A DNA stretch of 64,000 bases from a virus: IMG/VR virus record IMGVR_UViG_3300036770_008715, positions 32,001 to 96,000 of that record; one strand, given 5' to 3'. Under the pieces are notes generated by a model. That model worked only from the letters and a program-made list of their open reading frames with translations, was not told where the DNA came from and searched no databases. This document shows positions 1-9,229 of the stretch, in pieces; position 1 is the stretch's first letter, and the number at the start of each line of letters is the position of its first letter. The translations under genes and the position numbers were made by a program.

Positions 1-317
1 GGGTTGGCTTCAGGCACGAAAGATTCAGTAACGTTCAGAGCACGTTTGGTATGCATCTGGACTACCTGAGCCACCATTGCAGGAGCAGCTTCGAGTTGAG
101 GAGTAGCATCGACACGTTTTTTCGCGGGAGTTCCGCTGTCAAGAAGGCGATAGACGCCATGGCTGACTTTCTCGGTGAATGATTCGCCGAAGATAAAGTT
201 GGGTACATCATATCCCTTGGTTGCAGCAAAGCTCTTTACCTCTTTGGCCCTGAAAGTCGTACCGAGCTGATCGAGCACGATAGATACGAATTCATTCTTG
301 GTTTGCTTGTTCCACAT
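1..317 (-). CDS. N-terminal part of probable CobS/MoxR-like AAA+ ATPase (runs off the window edge)
   Basis: Manually translated from ATG at 317 (GAGGA SD upstream): MWNKQTKNEFVSIVLDQLG...TESFVPEANP, open to position 1. The position downstream of a VWA protein and gp46 matches cobS-like genes of T4-like phages. ATPase motifs lie outside the window. Confidence 0.55.
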   Translation of the reverse strand, partial: MWNKQTKNEFVSIVLDQLGTTFRAKEVKSFAATKGYDVPNFIFGESFTEKVSHGVYRLLDSGTPAKKRVDATPQLEAAPAMVAQVVQMHTKRALNVTESFVPEAN

Positions 318-331
318 ATTCACTTTCCTCA

Positions 332-712
332 TTACTTAGTCAGAATGTAAGGCTTGTTCCACTGGCCGATGTTGACATCAACATACCAACCCACATCGAA
401 ATAGTCAGTCATCGCATCCGAGCGATCGTGATTGCCGTCATTGGCAGCAGCCAGCAGTTCTGCAAGAAACTTTTTGCAGTTCCCGCTGAAGTGATCCTGG
501 TACCAATATGGATTAACGGAGAGACCGTTGGATGCTGGTTTATTGGTGGTCGAATGGTAATTTGTCAAAAAGTCCAGCCTACCCTCTTTGACATTGATAA
601 CGAGCGTACTGTGACTGCGTACAGCCAGAGTTGCTTTGATTCCATACTTGCTACAGATCTTCTTGATCAGCGGAGCCAGTTTGGCTTTTTTTTCTTGCGA
701 CATATAGGCCAT
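332..712 (-). CDS. conserved phage hypothetical protein
   Basis: 126 aa ORF with C-terminal SDAMTDYFDVGWY...IGQWNKPY motif typical of small early phage proteins; function unknown. Confidence 0.75.
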   Translation of the reverse strand: MAYMSQEKKAKLAPLIKKICSKYGIKATLAVRSHSTLVINVKEGRLDFLTNYHSTTNKPASNGLSVNPYWYQDHFSGNCKKFLAELLAAANDGNHDRSDAMTDYFDVGWYVDVNIGQWNKPYILTK

Positions 713-729
713 GATATATACTTTCCTAA

Positions 730-912
730 TTAAAGGTTGGTCTTGATGTAGTCTTTGAGTTCGGTAAGGAACTCGGTGAGTTCTTCTACCCCGTATTTGC
801 TGAGGTCGTCCTCTCTGGGGTAATCGAAACCTAGTAATATTGCTACTGGCGCGTAGCCGTTGATCTTGCTAATTACGTTCTCTTTTTCCACTTTCTTACT
901 CCAGTTAATCAC
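730..912 (-). CDS. small hypothetical protein
   Basis: 60 aa, GTG start, directly downstream of a TATAAT promoter, fills the gap on the coding strand. Confidence 0.55.
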   Translation of the reverse strand: MINWSKKVEKENVISKINGYAPVAILLGFDYPREDDLSKYGVEELTEFLTELKDYIKTNL

Positions 913-924
913 TCTACAATTACC

Positions 925-983
925 ATTATACGCTTGTAGAAAGAAAAAACTAGCATAAAAACGCTTTATAAATCAATAACTTA
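925..983 (-). promoter_or_regulatory. putative early promoter (TATAAT at 930-925) with upstream IHF-consensus site
   Basis: Minus strand TAAGTTATTGATTTATAAAGCGTTTTTATGCTA-N20-TATAATGG; plus strand 971-983 AATCAATAACTTA fits WATCAANNNNTTR; near-duplicate at 3230-3289. Confidence 0.6.
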
Positions 984-3203
984 GCAAACATAGTCCATCA
1001 GGGCAGTGGTGAAGATGCGGTCGCTCTTCTTTTTGGCCTGGTTTTTGCCGAATTCTTTGGCTAGGCTATTGACCACCTTCTTGTTAAGCTCATTGACATC
1101 AGTCGTAAGAACAGATTCCTGAGTCATATCATCGTTGATTGCAACGTTGAAGTATGCATCGAACCCTTCTTCCTGAGTAGTGAAGAATCCATTATTCTTA
1201 AGGCTCAGTTTCTGCTGTTGTTTCTCATCTTCTGTAAGATCACGCAGCCGATTGCGGATAGCATACCCATAACCAATGTAGAAACCAATGTTATTGGAGC
1301 CAGTGATCTTGCGAATAAACTTTAACAGATCCGTACGAAGGTTATCTCCACGAGTAAAGTTCATGACTGAACGAGACTTGCGATCTGTGATTCGAAGAAT
1401 TTCTTTAATGTAGCTATCATACTTAGTATAAGTGATTCGTTCGCCAAAACCCTTTTCGTTTTTCAAGAAGAAGGAGTCCGTCTCCTCACCATCAGTCAGA
1501 TAGATGGCATTGACAACATCAAGACGATACTTGTTTTTGAACTGCTCAATGATTTCTCGCGAAACAGCAATTGTAGCAATAAGTGGAGTTGAGTTCAGTT
1601 CGAATGCATAGTAGATCGGATTATTAGATCTGCTATGCGGATAGGCAATATTAAGCAACATTTTGACAGCTTGGCTATAGACAGAATTGCTGAAGGAAGA
1701 GCTCAGAATATGTTTGAGATGGAAGTTGTTGGCAGCATTTGGCCACTCGCTATTGCCAACATACAAATTATCACCAGATACAAACTTATCACCTTTCCTG
1801 GTGTGATGCCCACCATCATTAAATCCATAGATGTCGAAGGGCAAATTGACACGCTTGCAAAAAGTAGAAAGGATTAGCAGCTGCTCAACTGTTTGGGGAA
1901 GTATACGATTCATCGAACCAGAGAGATCGACGAACATGACAATGCCATGCGATTTACCCTTCGGCACAACAGTCATCTTGGCAAAGATATCGTTGGTGAA
2001 CCGATAGCTGTGCAGTTTACCCATATCCAACTCACCAGTCTTGGCAGTCAGCTGGCGGGCATACTGCGACGCATTACGCTTCATCAGAAACTGTTTAACA
2101 AGGAGTTGGATATATTTGTCGTTATTACGGGAAAACCGCTGAGCATTTTGTTTATTACGCAACGCAACATCAAATGTTCTTTGTTCATAGAAAGGTTTGA
2201 ATCGCTCAAGAATTTTATCGATCGGCTCAATGATGTTTGAGAGAATGGGTTCGGGGAAATTGCAATTGTGAATTTGAAGTCCATCGACCACTAGTTCTTT
2301 CTCGCGAGCTCGGAAGATTGCGTCAGTGATGGAGTCATCTTCCGAAACTGTATCTCCCAGCTCATCGAGCATTTTATCTGATGCAGTTGACTCTTCTTCT
2401 TCGTCTTCGTCACTCGAATCAAAAGACTGAGCACCGTCTTGTTGATCGTCATCGTAATCATTGGAGTCGAAGTCATCATCCTGATCTTGTTCTTCACCCT
2501 CTTCGCCTGAATCGCCGAATTGGTAATCGAGCTCTTCGTCGAGCCCATCTTCCTGTTGTTCTTGGTTTTGTTTTTTGATCTCGTTACGAAGATCTTCGAT
2601 TGAATCAATCTGATCGGTTTCAGTTTTGTTCTTACCCATGATGCTGCTGACTCGGCGAGCAATATCAACAACTTCATCAAAGGTTTCAACTTCGTCCAGC
2701 GCCTTTACTATCTCCATTTCCTCTTCGGAGAAGGGGATGTGGTTCAGTGCACCAAACTTGAAATGAACATTGAGTCGATCAGCCAGATTCAGTTTGCTGA
2801 AGTCTTTGAGATCTTTGATACCAAAGAAGTCGCGATTGTGCAGCTCTTTGTATGCACGAAACATTGGGCGCGAAAGGCCAGGATACTTGCGTTTCATCAG
2901 CTTCTCAATGCGCGCATCCTCGCAGACGTTGAGTACTGACTTGTTGACGTCAGAAATGTTCGAGGATCCACCATCGATGGCGCTGTGCCAACCTTCGGAT
3001 GGAGTAAAGAGGGAATGGCCAACCTCATGACCCATGAGTAGATCATAAAGATCGCCGTCGATCACTTCCCAGATCGGGCAGTAGAGAGTGCGCGTCTTGA
3101 GGTCAAACGCAGCAGTTGGTATCTTCTGGTGGACGATATTGATATTCTCGCCCGCCAGAAGTTTAGCGAGTGCGGACTTATTGGCTCTGAGGTCTTGGTT
3201 CAT
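981..3203 (-). CDS. CobT-like VWA-domain protein with N-terminal HExxH metallopeptidase-like domain
   Basis: HEVGH and EDARIE motifs, acidic linker, MIDAS motif FVDLSGSM, STPL and YLTDGE; ATG at 3203 has an AGGAG SD (ORF track uses TTG at 3209). Confidence 0.85.
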   Translation of the reverse strand: MNQDLRANKSALAKLLAGENINIVHQKIPTAAFDLKTRTLYCPIWEVIDGDLYDLLMGHEVGHSLFTPSEGWHSAIDGGSSNISDVNKSVLNVCEDARIEKLMKRKYPGLSRPMFRAYKELHNRDFFGIKDLKDFSKLNLADRLNVHFKFGALNHIPFSEEEMEIVKALDEVETFDEVVDIARRVSSIMGKNKTETDQIDSIEDLRNEIKKQNQEQQEDGLDEELDYQFGDSGEEGEEQDQDDDFDSNDYDDDQQDGAQSFDSSDEDEEEESTASDKMLDELGDTVSEDDSITDAIFRAREKELVVDGLQIHNCNFPEPILSNIIEPIDKILERFKPFYEQRTFDVALRNKQNAQRFSRNNDKYIQLLVKQFLMKRNASQYARQLTAKTGELDMGKLHSYRFTNDIFAKMTVVPKGKSHGIVMFVDLSGSMNRILPQTVEQLLILSTFCKRVNLPFDIYGFNDGGHHTRKGDKFVSGDNLYVGNSEWPNAANNFHLKHILSSSFSNSVYSQAVKMLLNIAYPHSRSNNPIYYAFELNSTPLIATIAVSREIIEQFKNKYRLDVVNAIYLTDGEETDSFFLKNEKGFGERITYTKYDSYIKEILRITDRKSRSVMNFTRGDNLRTDLLKFIRKITGSNNIGFYIGYGYAIRNRLRDLTEDEKQQQKLSLKNNGFFTTQEEGFDAYFNVAINDDMTQESVLTTDVNELNKKVVNSLAKEFGKNQAKKKSDRIFTTALMDYVC

Positions 3204-3229
3204 ATACAAACTCCTATCTGATAGGGTCC

Positions 3230-3289
3230 ATTATATATGACTGATCCCTCTAAAATAGCAACAAAAACTCTTTATAAATCAGTAACTTA
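3230..3289 (-). promoter_or_regulatory. putative early promoter (TATAAT at 3235-3230) with upstream IHF-consensus site
   Basis: Minus strand TAAGTTACTGATTTATAAAGAGTTTTTGTTGCTA-N20-TATAATGG; plus strand 3277-3289 AATCAGTAACTTA. Confidence 0.6.
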
Positions 3290-3838
3290 CGCGGCAGCTA
3301 GTTTTTTCATCTTTTTCAGGTTGGTTTTGATCTTCCGTTTTGCTTCCATCAGCTTCACTTTGGGTACTCGATCGGTGTATACAACACCATCAAGATGATC
3401 CATTTCGTGAAGGACGCAGGTAGCTGTGAGGCCATTGAACTCCTGTTGCTTCCTTTCGCCTCCAACAATATCATATTGGAGAACAACTGAGTCTGGTCGG
3501 CCAACTGTAACGTACAATCCAGGATATGATAAGCAACCTTCTTGGAATTTAGTTTTGGTTTCTGATACTCTGACAATAACTGGATTGACTAGGCACCAGA
3601 TCTGTTTGCCAACATTAAGCGCAAACATGCGATATGGAAGGCCAACTTGATTGGCTGACAGACCAAGCCCGTTTAGTTTGTTAAGAGTTTCCATCAACGA
3701 CAAAGCAGCATAGGCAACATTTTTATCTGTGACATCAACCCAGTGAGTAGGCTGTCGAAGAATAGGATCATAGAAATCTACTAGTTTCAGAATTTCATAT
3801 TCAAACATCTGGCCATTAACAAACTTTAGCTTCTTCAT
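3287..3838 (-). CDS. def: peptide deformylase
   Basis: All three PDF motifs: GLGLSANQVG, EGCLSYPG, HEMDHLDG. Confidence 0.95.
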   Translation of the reverse strand: MKKLKFVNGQMFEYEILKLVDFYDPILRQPTHWVDVTDKNVAYAALSLMETLNKLNGLGLSANQVGLPYRMFALNVGKQIWCLVNPVIVRVSETKTKFQEGCLSYPGLYVTVGRPDSVVLQYDIVGGERKQQEFNGLTATCVLHEMDHLDGVVYTDRVPKVKLMEAKRKIKTNLKKMKKLAAA

Positions 3839-5553
3839 GCTGCTAGCCTCTTATGTGAGAAGTTGCCTTTCTTTTCAAATCGAATCACGTGTTCAAACTT
3901 ATCTTGAAGTGAATCGCCTTTGTGGGAAATTATGAAAATATTTATATTGTCGAGGCTACTCAGCACTTGCATCAAACACTCAACACCAAACGAATCCAGA
4001 CTGGAATCAAACACTTCATCAAGAATGAGTAAGTTTGTATTGGCACTGTTTTTCATTCGAGCAACATTGCGCCATGTAAACAGCAGAGCAAGATTGATTC
4101 TGGTCTTTTCGCCCTCTGAGAAGTTTTCATAACTAAAGTCATCGCGATTACGGGACTTAATAGTTTCCTTGAACTCTTCGTCCATATGGAAGTTGACAAA
4201 GAAGTCCATTGCAGCCAGATACTTGTTGACCAACTTATTAATAATCGGCAGATACTGTTTAATAATTTTAGCCTTGATGCCGCCATCTTTGAGCAACTGC
4301 GCCGCAGCATCATAATATTGTTTTTCTTCAACTGCTTTCTTGCGCTCTTCAACTATAGTAGTCAACTCGTCAAGCAATTTCTTTGACTGTTCTTTGGATT
4401 GTACGTTGGTATTCTTTTTACTTTCAAGTTCTTCGATCTCTTGTTGCAGAGTTATATTGTACTTCTGCATATGTCGAATCAATGTTTGGTTGCTGTTTAT
4501 TTGTTTTTGCAACTCAATAATACCATCATTGATTTTTTTAATTTGTTCTAGGTTTTCTATTACCTGCCTTTGCTCTTCCCTGAGCGTAGTCAGTCCTTCT
4601 ACGAGATTCTGCATCTTATCCTGACATTCACCAATTATCTGTTTCTTGAACTCAGGCTCAATTTCCTGCTTACAAGAAGGGCACTGATCGTTGTCATTAT
4701 AGAACTCAATTTCTTTCTCAGCCTTCGATATGTTGTTTTCAATCTTAGCCTGATAAGAAGTCAACAGCTTTTGTTTCTTGAGCATTGACTCTTGATGCTG
4801 AATCTCAGACTCCAGCTCTGTTATCTTTGTAGCTTCTTCTTCGTTTGTTGCAATCAACTTTTCTAGTTCTGTTTTGTTTTCTTCAAGTTGTTCTAGTTTC
4901 TTGTCGATGATCTCTTGATTGTTTTTCTTGATGCTCTCAATGTGCGCTTTGTGTAGCTCAATCTTTTCTTTGGTTGACTCAAGTTTGATCTTGAGTTCAT
5001 TCACTTTGTTCTTGAGGCCATTTACCTTTTCTTTGACCACCTGATTCATGTTAGAGAAGATCTGAATATCAAGTAGATCTTCAATTACCTGTCGGCGGTC
5101 GTTGGCTGACAGTTGCATGAATGGAGTAAATGATGCACTACCAAGTATCACAATCTGAGTGAATGACTTGTAGTTCATCTTGATGATACTTTTCTCCAGC
5201 ACTTCCTGATATTCTTTAGCCGAAGAATTCTGATCAAGTAAACTGTCGTCAACATAGATCTCAAAGATATTGGGTTTGATGCCTCGGCGGATGATATACT
5301 TTCTATCTGCAATATCAAAGTAAAGCTCAACAAGACAATCTTTGCCGTTAACTGAGTTCACCAGTTGTGGTTTGTTGATATTGCGATAGGGTTTGCCAAA
5401 CAGAGCAAACGTAATTGCATCTAGAATGGTTGATTTACCTGCGCCGTTTTCACCAAGGATAAGAACATTGCTTTCCTTGTTGAGTTCGACTTCAGTAAAT
5501 ACGTTACCAGTGGATAGTAGATTCTTCCACTTAATAGTCTTGAATGTAATCAT
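3835..5553 (-). CDS. gp46: recombination endonuclease ATPase subunit (gp46, Rad50/SbcC-like)
   Basis: Walker A GENGAGKST, coiled coils, zinc hook CPSC, signature FSEGEK, Walker B LILDEVFD. Confidence 0.96.
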   Translation of the reverse strand: MITFKTIKWKNLLSTGNVFTEVELNKESNVLILGENGAGKSTILDAITFALFGKPYRNINKPQLVNSVNGKDCLVELYFDIADRKYIIRRGIKPNIFEIYVDDSLLDQNSSAKEYQEVLEKSIIKMNYKSFTQIVILGSASFTPFMQLSANDRRQVIEDLLDIQIFSNMNQVVKEKVNGLKNKVNELKIKLESTKEKIELHKAHIESIKKNNQEIIDKKLEQLEENKTELEKLIATNEEEATKITELESEIQHQESMLKKQKLLTSYQAKIENNISKAEKEIEFYNDNDQCPSCKQEIEPEFKKQIIGECQDKMQNLVEGLTTLREEQRQVIENLEQIKKINDGIIELQKQINSNQTLIRHMQKYNITLQQEIEELESKKNTNVQSKEQSKKLLDELTTIVEERKKAVEEKQYYDAAAQLLKDGGIKAKIIKQYLPIINKLVNKYLAAMDFFVNFHMDEEFKETIKSRNRDDFSYENFSEGEKTRINLALLFTWRNVARMKNSANTNLLILDEVFDSSLDSFGVECLMQVLSSLDNINIFIISHKGDSLQDKFEHVIRFEKKGNFSHKRLAA

Positions 5554-6614
5554 GCTTCGACAGTCAAAGCCTCTGCATATATTTCACGTAGTATACTCTT
5601 TAATTTGGGTTTATTCAAATCAATTTCAACTCCATCAACATATTTGTCAAGGATAGTTAGAGTATCATCTGCCTGATCAATCTCAGACTCATCCTCAAGT
5701 GCTACTTGTTCGCTGAAGTCTTCGACAATAGAAAGATCGGCAGGAGCAGAACGAATCAGATTATCAATGAATGTTTCAAAAACAAACTCATTAGTCTTTT
5801 TGGAAACAATAACTTTGATATACTTTGAAGTGTACTGACTGTAGTCGTGGTTCTTGACTTCATTGTAGAAGAAGTCTTCATCGTTGTAGATGAACTTCTT
5901 GAAGATAGTATGCGGATTCTCAAAGAACTCAAGCTCGCGGGTTTCGGTATCAAAAATATGAAACCCGCGAGGATCATTGTAATCACTCCATGTCATTTCA
6001 TATGGAGTGCCAACATATAGAATATTCCCTTTCTGCGAGCGATGATGAAAATGACCAGTTAGGACAAGCTCATAACGCTTGAGCTCTTCGGCTGATTGTC
6101 CTTCGTGGCATACGTTCCCTCGATCCATTTCAAAGCCAGCCAACTCAAAATGACCAAGACAGAAGCTACTAGTAGAATTTTTAATGTATGCAGCAACGTC
6201 TTCCCGATTCGAATCGCAAATCCAAGGAATAATATCAAAAGCAATCCCACCGAAATGTAAAGTGTTAGGCTCTCTATGTATCCAAACATTACCGTATTCT
6301 CCCAGAACTAGTTCGGTTGAGTTGACATCTAGAGTGTTCTTATAAAACACATCATGATTACCAAGTAATGTGTGGAAAGGAATGTTTCTATGTTTGACAG
6401 GATTGAACAGATATTCCTTAGCCAACTTTAGGCTTTGGAAGTTGATGTACTTCCGTCGATCAAACAAATCACCAAGTTGAACAATATTCCTGACTTCATA
6501 TTTATCAATGATAGGGAAAAACGTTTCCTCATAGAACTTCTTGAACAACTGGTGAAATATTAGGCTGTCGTTCCGAGCGCCTATGTGAGCATCTCCGAGT
6601 ATGGCTATCTTCAA
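5550..6614 (-). CDS. gp47: recombination endonuclease nuclease subunit (gp47, Mre11/SbcD-like)
   Basis: Metallophosphoesterase motifs GDAHIG, GDLFD, GNHD, GHFH; TTG start overlapping the upstream stop. Confidence 0.96.
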   Translation of the reverse strand: MKIAILGDAHIGARNDSLIFHQLFKKFYEETFFPIIDKYEVRNIVQLGDLFDRRKYINFQSLKLAKEYLFNPVKHRNIPFHTLLGNHDVFYKNTLDVNSTELVLGEYGNVWIHREPNTLHFGGIAFDIIPWICDSNREDVAAYIKNSTSSFCLGHFELAGFEMDRGNVCHEGQSAEELKRYELVLTGHFHHRSQKGNILYVGTPYEMTWSDYNDPRGFHIFDTETRELEFFENPHTIFKKFIYNDEDFFYNEVKNHDYSQYTSKYIKVIVSKKTNEFVFETFIDNLIRSAPADLSIVEDFSEQVALEDESEIDQADDTLTILDKYVDGVEIDLNKPKLKSILREIYAEALTVEA

Positions 6615-6829
6615 GCAGCTTCCCTCTTAATTTCCCAAGCCCAGTTTACCGCGCACCAATCAACAATGCATCGATCTTTCGAAAGTTTAGCAATGTTCTC
6701 TCCACGTTTAATCATTCGCATACACCAATCATCCCAATACTCTTTAATAATTTCTTCCTCGCTCAGAGTTACTTCTACAGATTGGCCAAACGCATCATCA
6801 GCTGGTATGATATACCTATAATACCTCAT
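6611..6829 (-). CDS. hypothetical protein between gp55 and gp47
   Basis: 72 aa, Trp-rich (EYWDDW, DWCAVNWAW), start and stop overlap both neighbours. Confidence 0.75.
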   Translation of the reverse strand: MRYYRYIIPADDAFGQSVEVTLSEEEIIKEYWDDWCMRMIKRGENIAKLSKDRCIVDWCAVNWAWEIKREAA

Positions 6830-7332
6830 TCTGATTCCCCTTTCAACTTTTTTGTTTTGACAGAAGTTTCATAGTTCTCAATAAACGCTGAAATATTATC
6901 ATACAGTTCAAACTGTCTGTTAACACCATCAGCATCTAGTTGATTGAATTCATCAATAACACCAGACATCTCTGCTGACTTGTACTTGACATAGAGTTGT
7001 TTCTTCTCGCGTTGTATCCGCCTCAAGAATGCATAATATACTATTTGAGTGAAATAAGCAAATGGATTACTGGATTTTGTTGGGTCGAAGTTGTCAGCAT
7101 AGAGCACACAGTTTTCAATAGCATCGGAAATCATTTCATCACGAAAAGTATAAGAGATAAAGTTGGGCTTATGTGATAGGTTCTCAGCTATCATCATGAA
7201 ACACTTCCCAACATACTCAGGAATCCGAGGCTTCTGTTTGTTGGCTTCTTTAGCTTCCTTGATCTTATCCTTGTATGCAATCATTTCTTTCAGGAACATT
7301 GAATTGTCAATATAATGCGTTCTTTTCTTCAT
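6826..7332 (-). CDS. gp55: late transcription sigma factor gp55
   Basis: HYIDN, IAENLSHKPNF, DEMISDAIENC, NPFAYFTQI..AFLRRIQREKKQ motifs. Confidence 0.96.
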   Translation of the reverse strand: MKKRTHYIDNSMFLKEMIAYKDKIKEAKEANKQKPRIPEYVGKCFMMIAENLSHKPNFISYTFRDEMISDAIENCVLYADNFDPTKSSNPFAYFTQIVYYAFLRRIQREKKQLYVKYKSAEMSGVIDEFNQLDADGVNRQFELYDNISAFIENYETSVKTKKLKGESE

Positions 7333-7338
7333 AAATAT

Positions 7339-7366
7339 TTGCCTTTTTTCAAAAAGATAGTATAAT
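7339..7366 (+). promoter_or_regulatory. sigma70-like promoter on the non-coding strand
   Basis: TTGCCT-16 nt-TATAAT in the intergenic gap upstream of gp55, pointing into the uvsW operon. Confidence 0.4.
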
Positions 7367-7385
7367 CACTGTGTGGTCTTTTAAG

Positions 7386-7778
7386 TTAATGTTTCTTTAT
7401 ACTCTTCCAGACATCTTCGAAAGACACTACGGTTTTATCCGCATTTTCCTGCAGTACCTTCTTCTTCATGTCTTCATCAGGAATAATGGAGAAGAAGATC
7501 TCAGAAACCTCAATGTAGTTATCAAGAAAGTTCTTTTGTACTTCTAGAACAAATAGAACATCTTTCATTGAAACTGTCAAATAATCAAACTTAGCAATCA
7601 AGGGTGGTACCCATTCCTTGATATGTAAGATCTGCTGTTCTTCATAGTCACCAACATTATCGTGTTGTATTTGAATAGGTCTTGCCAAATACATGAAGTC
7701 ATCATGCATTTCAGTGTGGGCAACAATATTCTCTCCATTTCGCAGTTTGATAAAGCGAACTGTATCTGGTGTTAGCAT
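7386..7778 (-). CDS. conserved hypothetical protein downstream of uvsW (possibly Sm-like fold)
   Basis: 130 aa; FIKLRNGENIVA N-terminal pattern; position between uvsW and gp55. Confidence 0.75.
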   Translation of the reverse strand: MLTPDTVRFIKLRNGENIVAHTEMHDDFMYLARPIQIQHDNVGDYEEQQILHIKEWVPPLIAKFDYLTVSMKDVLFVLEVQKNFLDNYIEVSEIFFSIIPDEDMKKKVLQENADKTVVSFEDVWKSIKKH

Positions 7779-9229
7779 TATTGGATCTCCACTTTCTTTG
7801 TGCTGATTGGGAACTTTTCTTCGTTGTACATTTTAATACGTTCCTCAAAGTGTTTCAATGCAAAGTTCACATTACTTTTATATCGCAAATCATCTGCTAT
7901 ATCGTAGAGCACTGCTTGCTCTTTATCATCACCTAAACGTAAACCTCGACCAATAGACTGAAGGCTTCTAATTCTGCTCTTCGTTGGTGACGCGAAGATA
8001 ATATTATGGAGGTTCCTTATATTTATTCCAGTAGAAAAGGTGCCATACGAAGCTATGATAATTGCATCTTTTTCTTTCTCAGTAATATGACGGATCTCTT
8101 CTCTATCCATCACATCAGTTGATCCGCATACAAAAAATATTTTTCTGTTGTAGTTCTTTTGTTTGAACAGTTCGTGTAATACTTTACCATGCTTTTCAAC
8201 ATAGGTGTAGAGGATTAGAGTGTTGCCTTCAAGACTAGCAGCCAGTCCACGAATAAATTTATTACGCTCTTCATTTGATACAAGGAAATCCATCTCTTCT
8301 GGATAAGTCATACCGCGAACATGTTTGCAAACAGCTTCAGGATACTTGAGTATCATACACTTGATTGCAAAGTTTGCTAGGTGTTTCTGTTCAATCAGTT
8401 CTTTGGTTGTGACAATCTTTTTTACTGGACCAAACAATCCTTCAAGAACTAGTTTGTTTACTTTAGTGCCATCAAGTGTACCTGTTGTACCAATACGATA
8501 GTCGCAGTTAATCAGTTTGGTCATAATATCAGTAAGTGACTTGGCCTTGAATGTATGAGCTTCATCGCCGATCACATAATCAAACTTCGAAAAATATTTT
8601 TTTGGCATATCGTAGATTGATTGCCAAGTTGAAATGATTACAGGAGCAAGTGGTTCTTTCTCTCGCCCCTGATAAATTTTCTGGCAGTAGTTTTCTGCAT
8701 CCCAACCATAGGATTTAAAGTCGCCATACATCTGCTCAACAAGTGATACAGTTGGCACAATCAACAGACCTTGCTTTTTACCAAGAGCCATGAGCTTACG
8801 GATGATCAGATAGATGATAAGAGATTTGCCTGATGCAGTTGGTGAAATAATTACTGCTCTTTTCTTTGTTGCTGAGTAGCCAAAGGCAGTTAGCTGATAA
8901 TCTCTTGGCGCAAAAGGCAGACCGAGTGTATCAACAAAAGAAAGATCTATTGGAGTTTTGCCGAAGTAATTGGTGTTATCTTCAACAGGATACTCATTGA
9001 TATTACAGAACTCGATGATGTATGGGACTAGACCAGCATATATTTTTCTAAACCTATAATTAAAAAGTTTGATAGTACCATCCCAGTGTTTATTTCTATA
9101 TGCAGGAGAAAATTTTGCATTTGGTACTTGAAATGTAAAAAATTGATTTAATTCCATTGCAATAGAATCTTCACAATCTACATGACAATAGATATTGTCT
9201 ATTTTATTTATTTGTATCTGTATTTCCAT
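7778..9229 (-). CDS. uvsW: UvsW SF2 RNA-DNA/DNA-DNA helicase
   Basis: PRDYQ Q-motif, SPTASGKS, DEAH, GTTGT, FSTGINI, QSIGRGLR. Confidence 0.96.
   Translation of the reverse strand: MEIQIQINKIDNIYCHVDCEDSIAMELNQFFTFQVPNAKFSPAYRNKHWDGTIKLFNYRFRKIYAGLVPYIIEFCNINEYPVEDNTNYFGKTPIDLSFVDTLGLPFAPRDYQLTAFGYSATKKRAVIISPTASGKSLIIYLIIRKLMALGKKQGLLIVPTVSLVEQMYGDFKSYGWDAENYCQKIYQGREKEPLAPVIISTWQSIYDMPKKYFSKFDYVIGDEAHTFKAKSLTDIMTKLINCDYRIGTTGTLDGTKVNKLVLEGLFGPVKKIVTTKELIEQKHLANFAIKCMILKYPEAVCKHVRGMTYPEEMDFLVSNEERNKFIRGLAASLEGNTLILYTYVEKHGKVLHELFKQKNYNRKIFFVCGSTDVMDREEIRHITEKEKDAIIIASYGTFSTGINIRNLHNIIFASPTKSRIRSLQSIGRGLRLGDDKEQAVLYDIADDLRYKSNVNFALKHFEERIKMYNEEKFPISTKKVEIQ

Noticed and set aside
1-3203. Cobalamin biosynthesis (cobS/cobT) as a metabolic function
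   Set aside because: Only generic VWA features are visible (the AAA+ call is positional); no cobN or other cob genes
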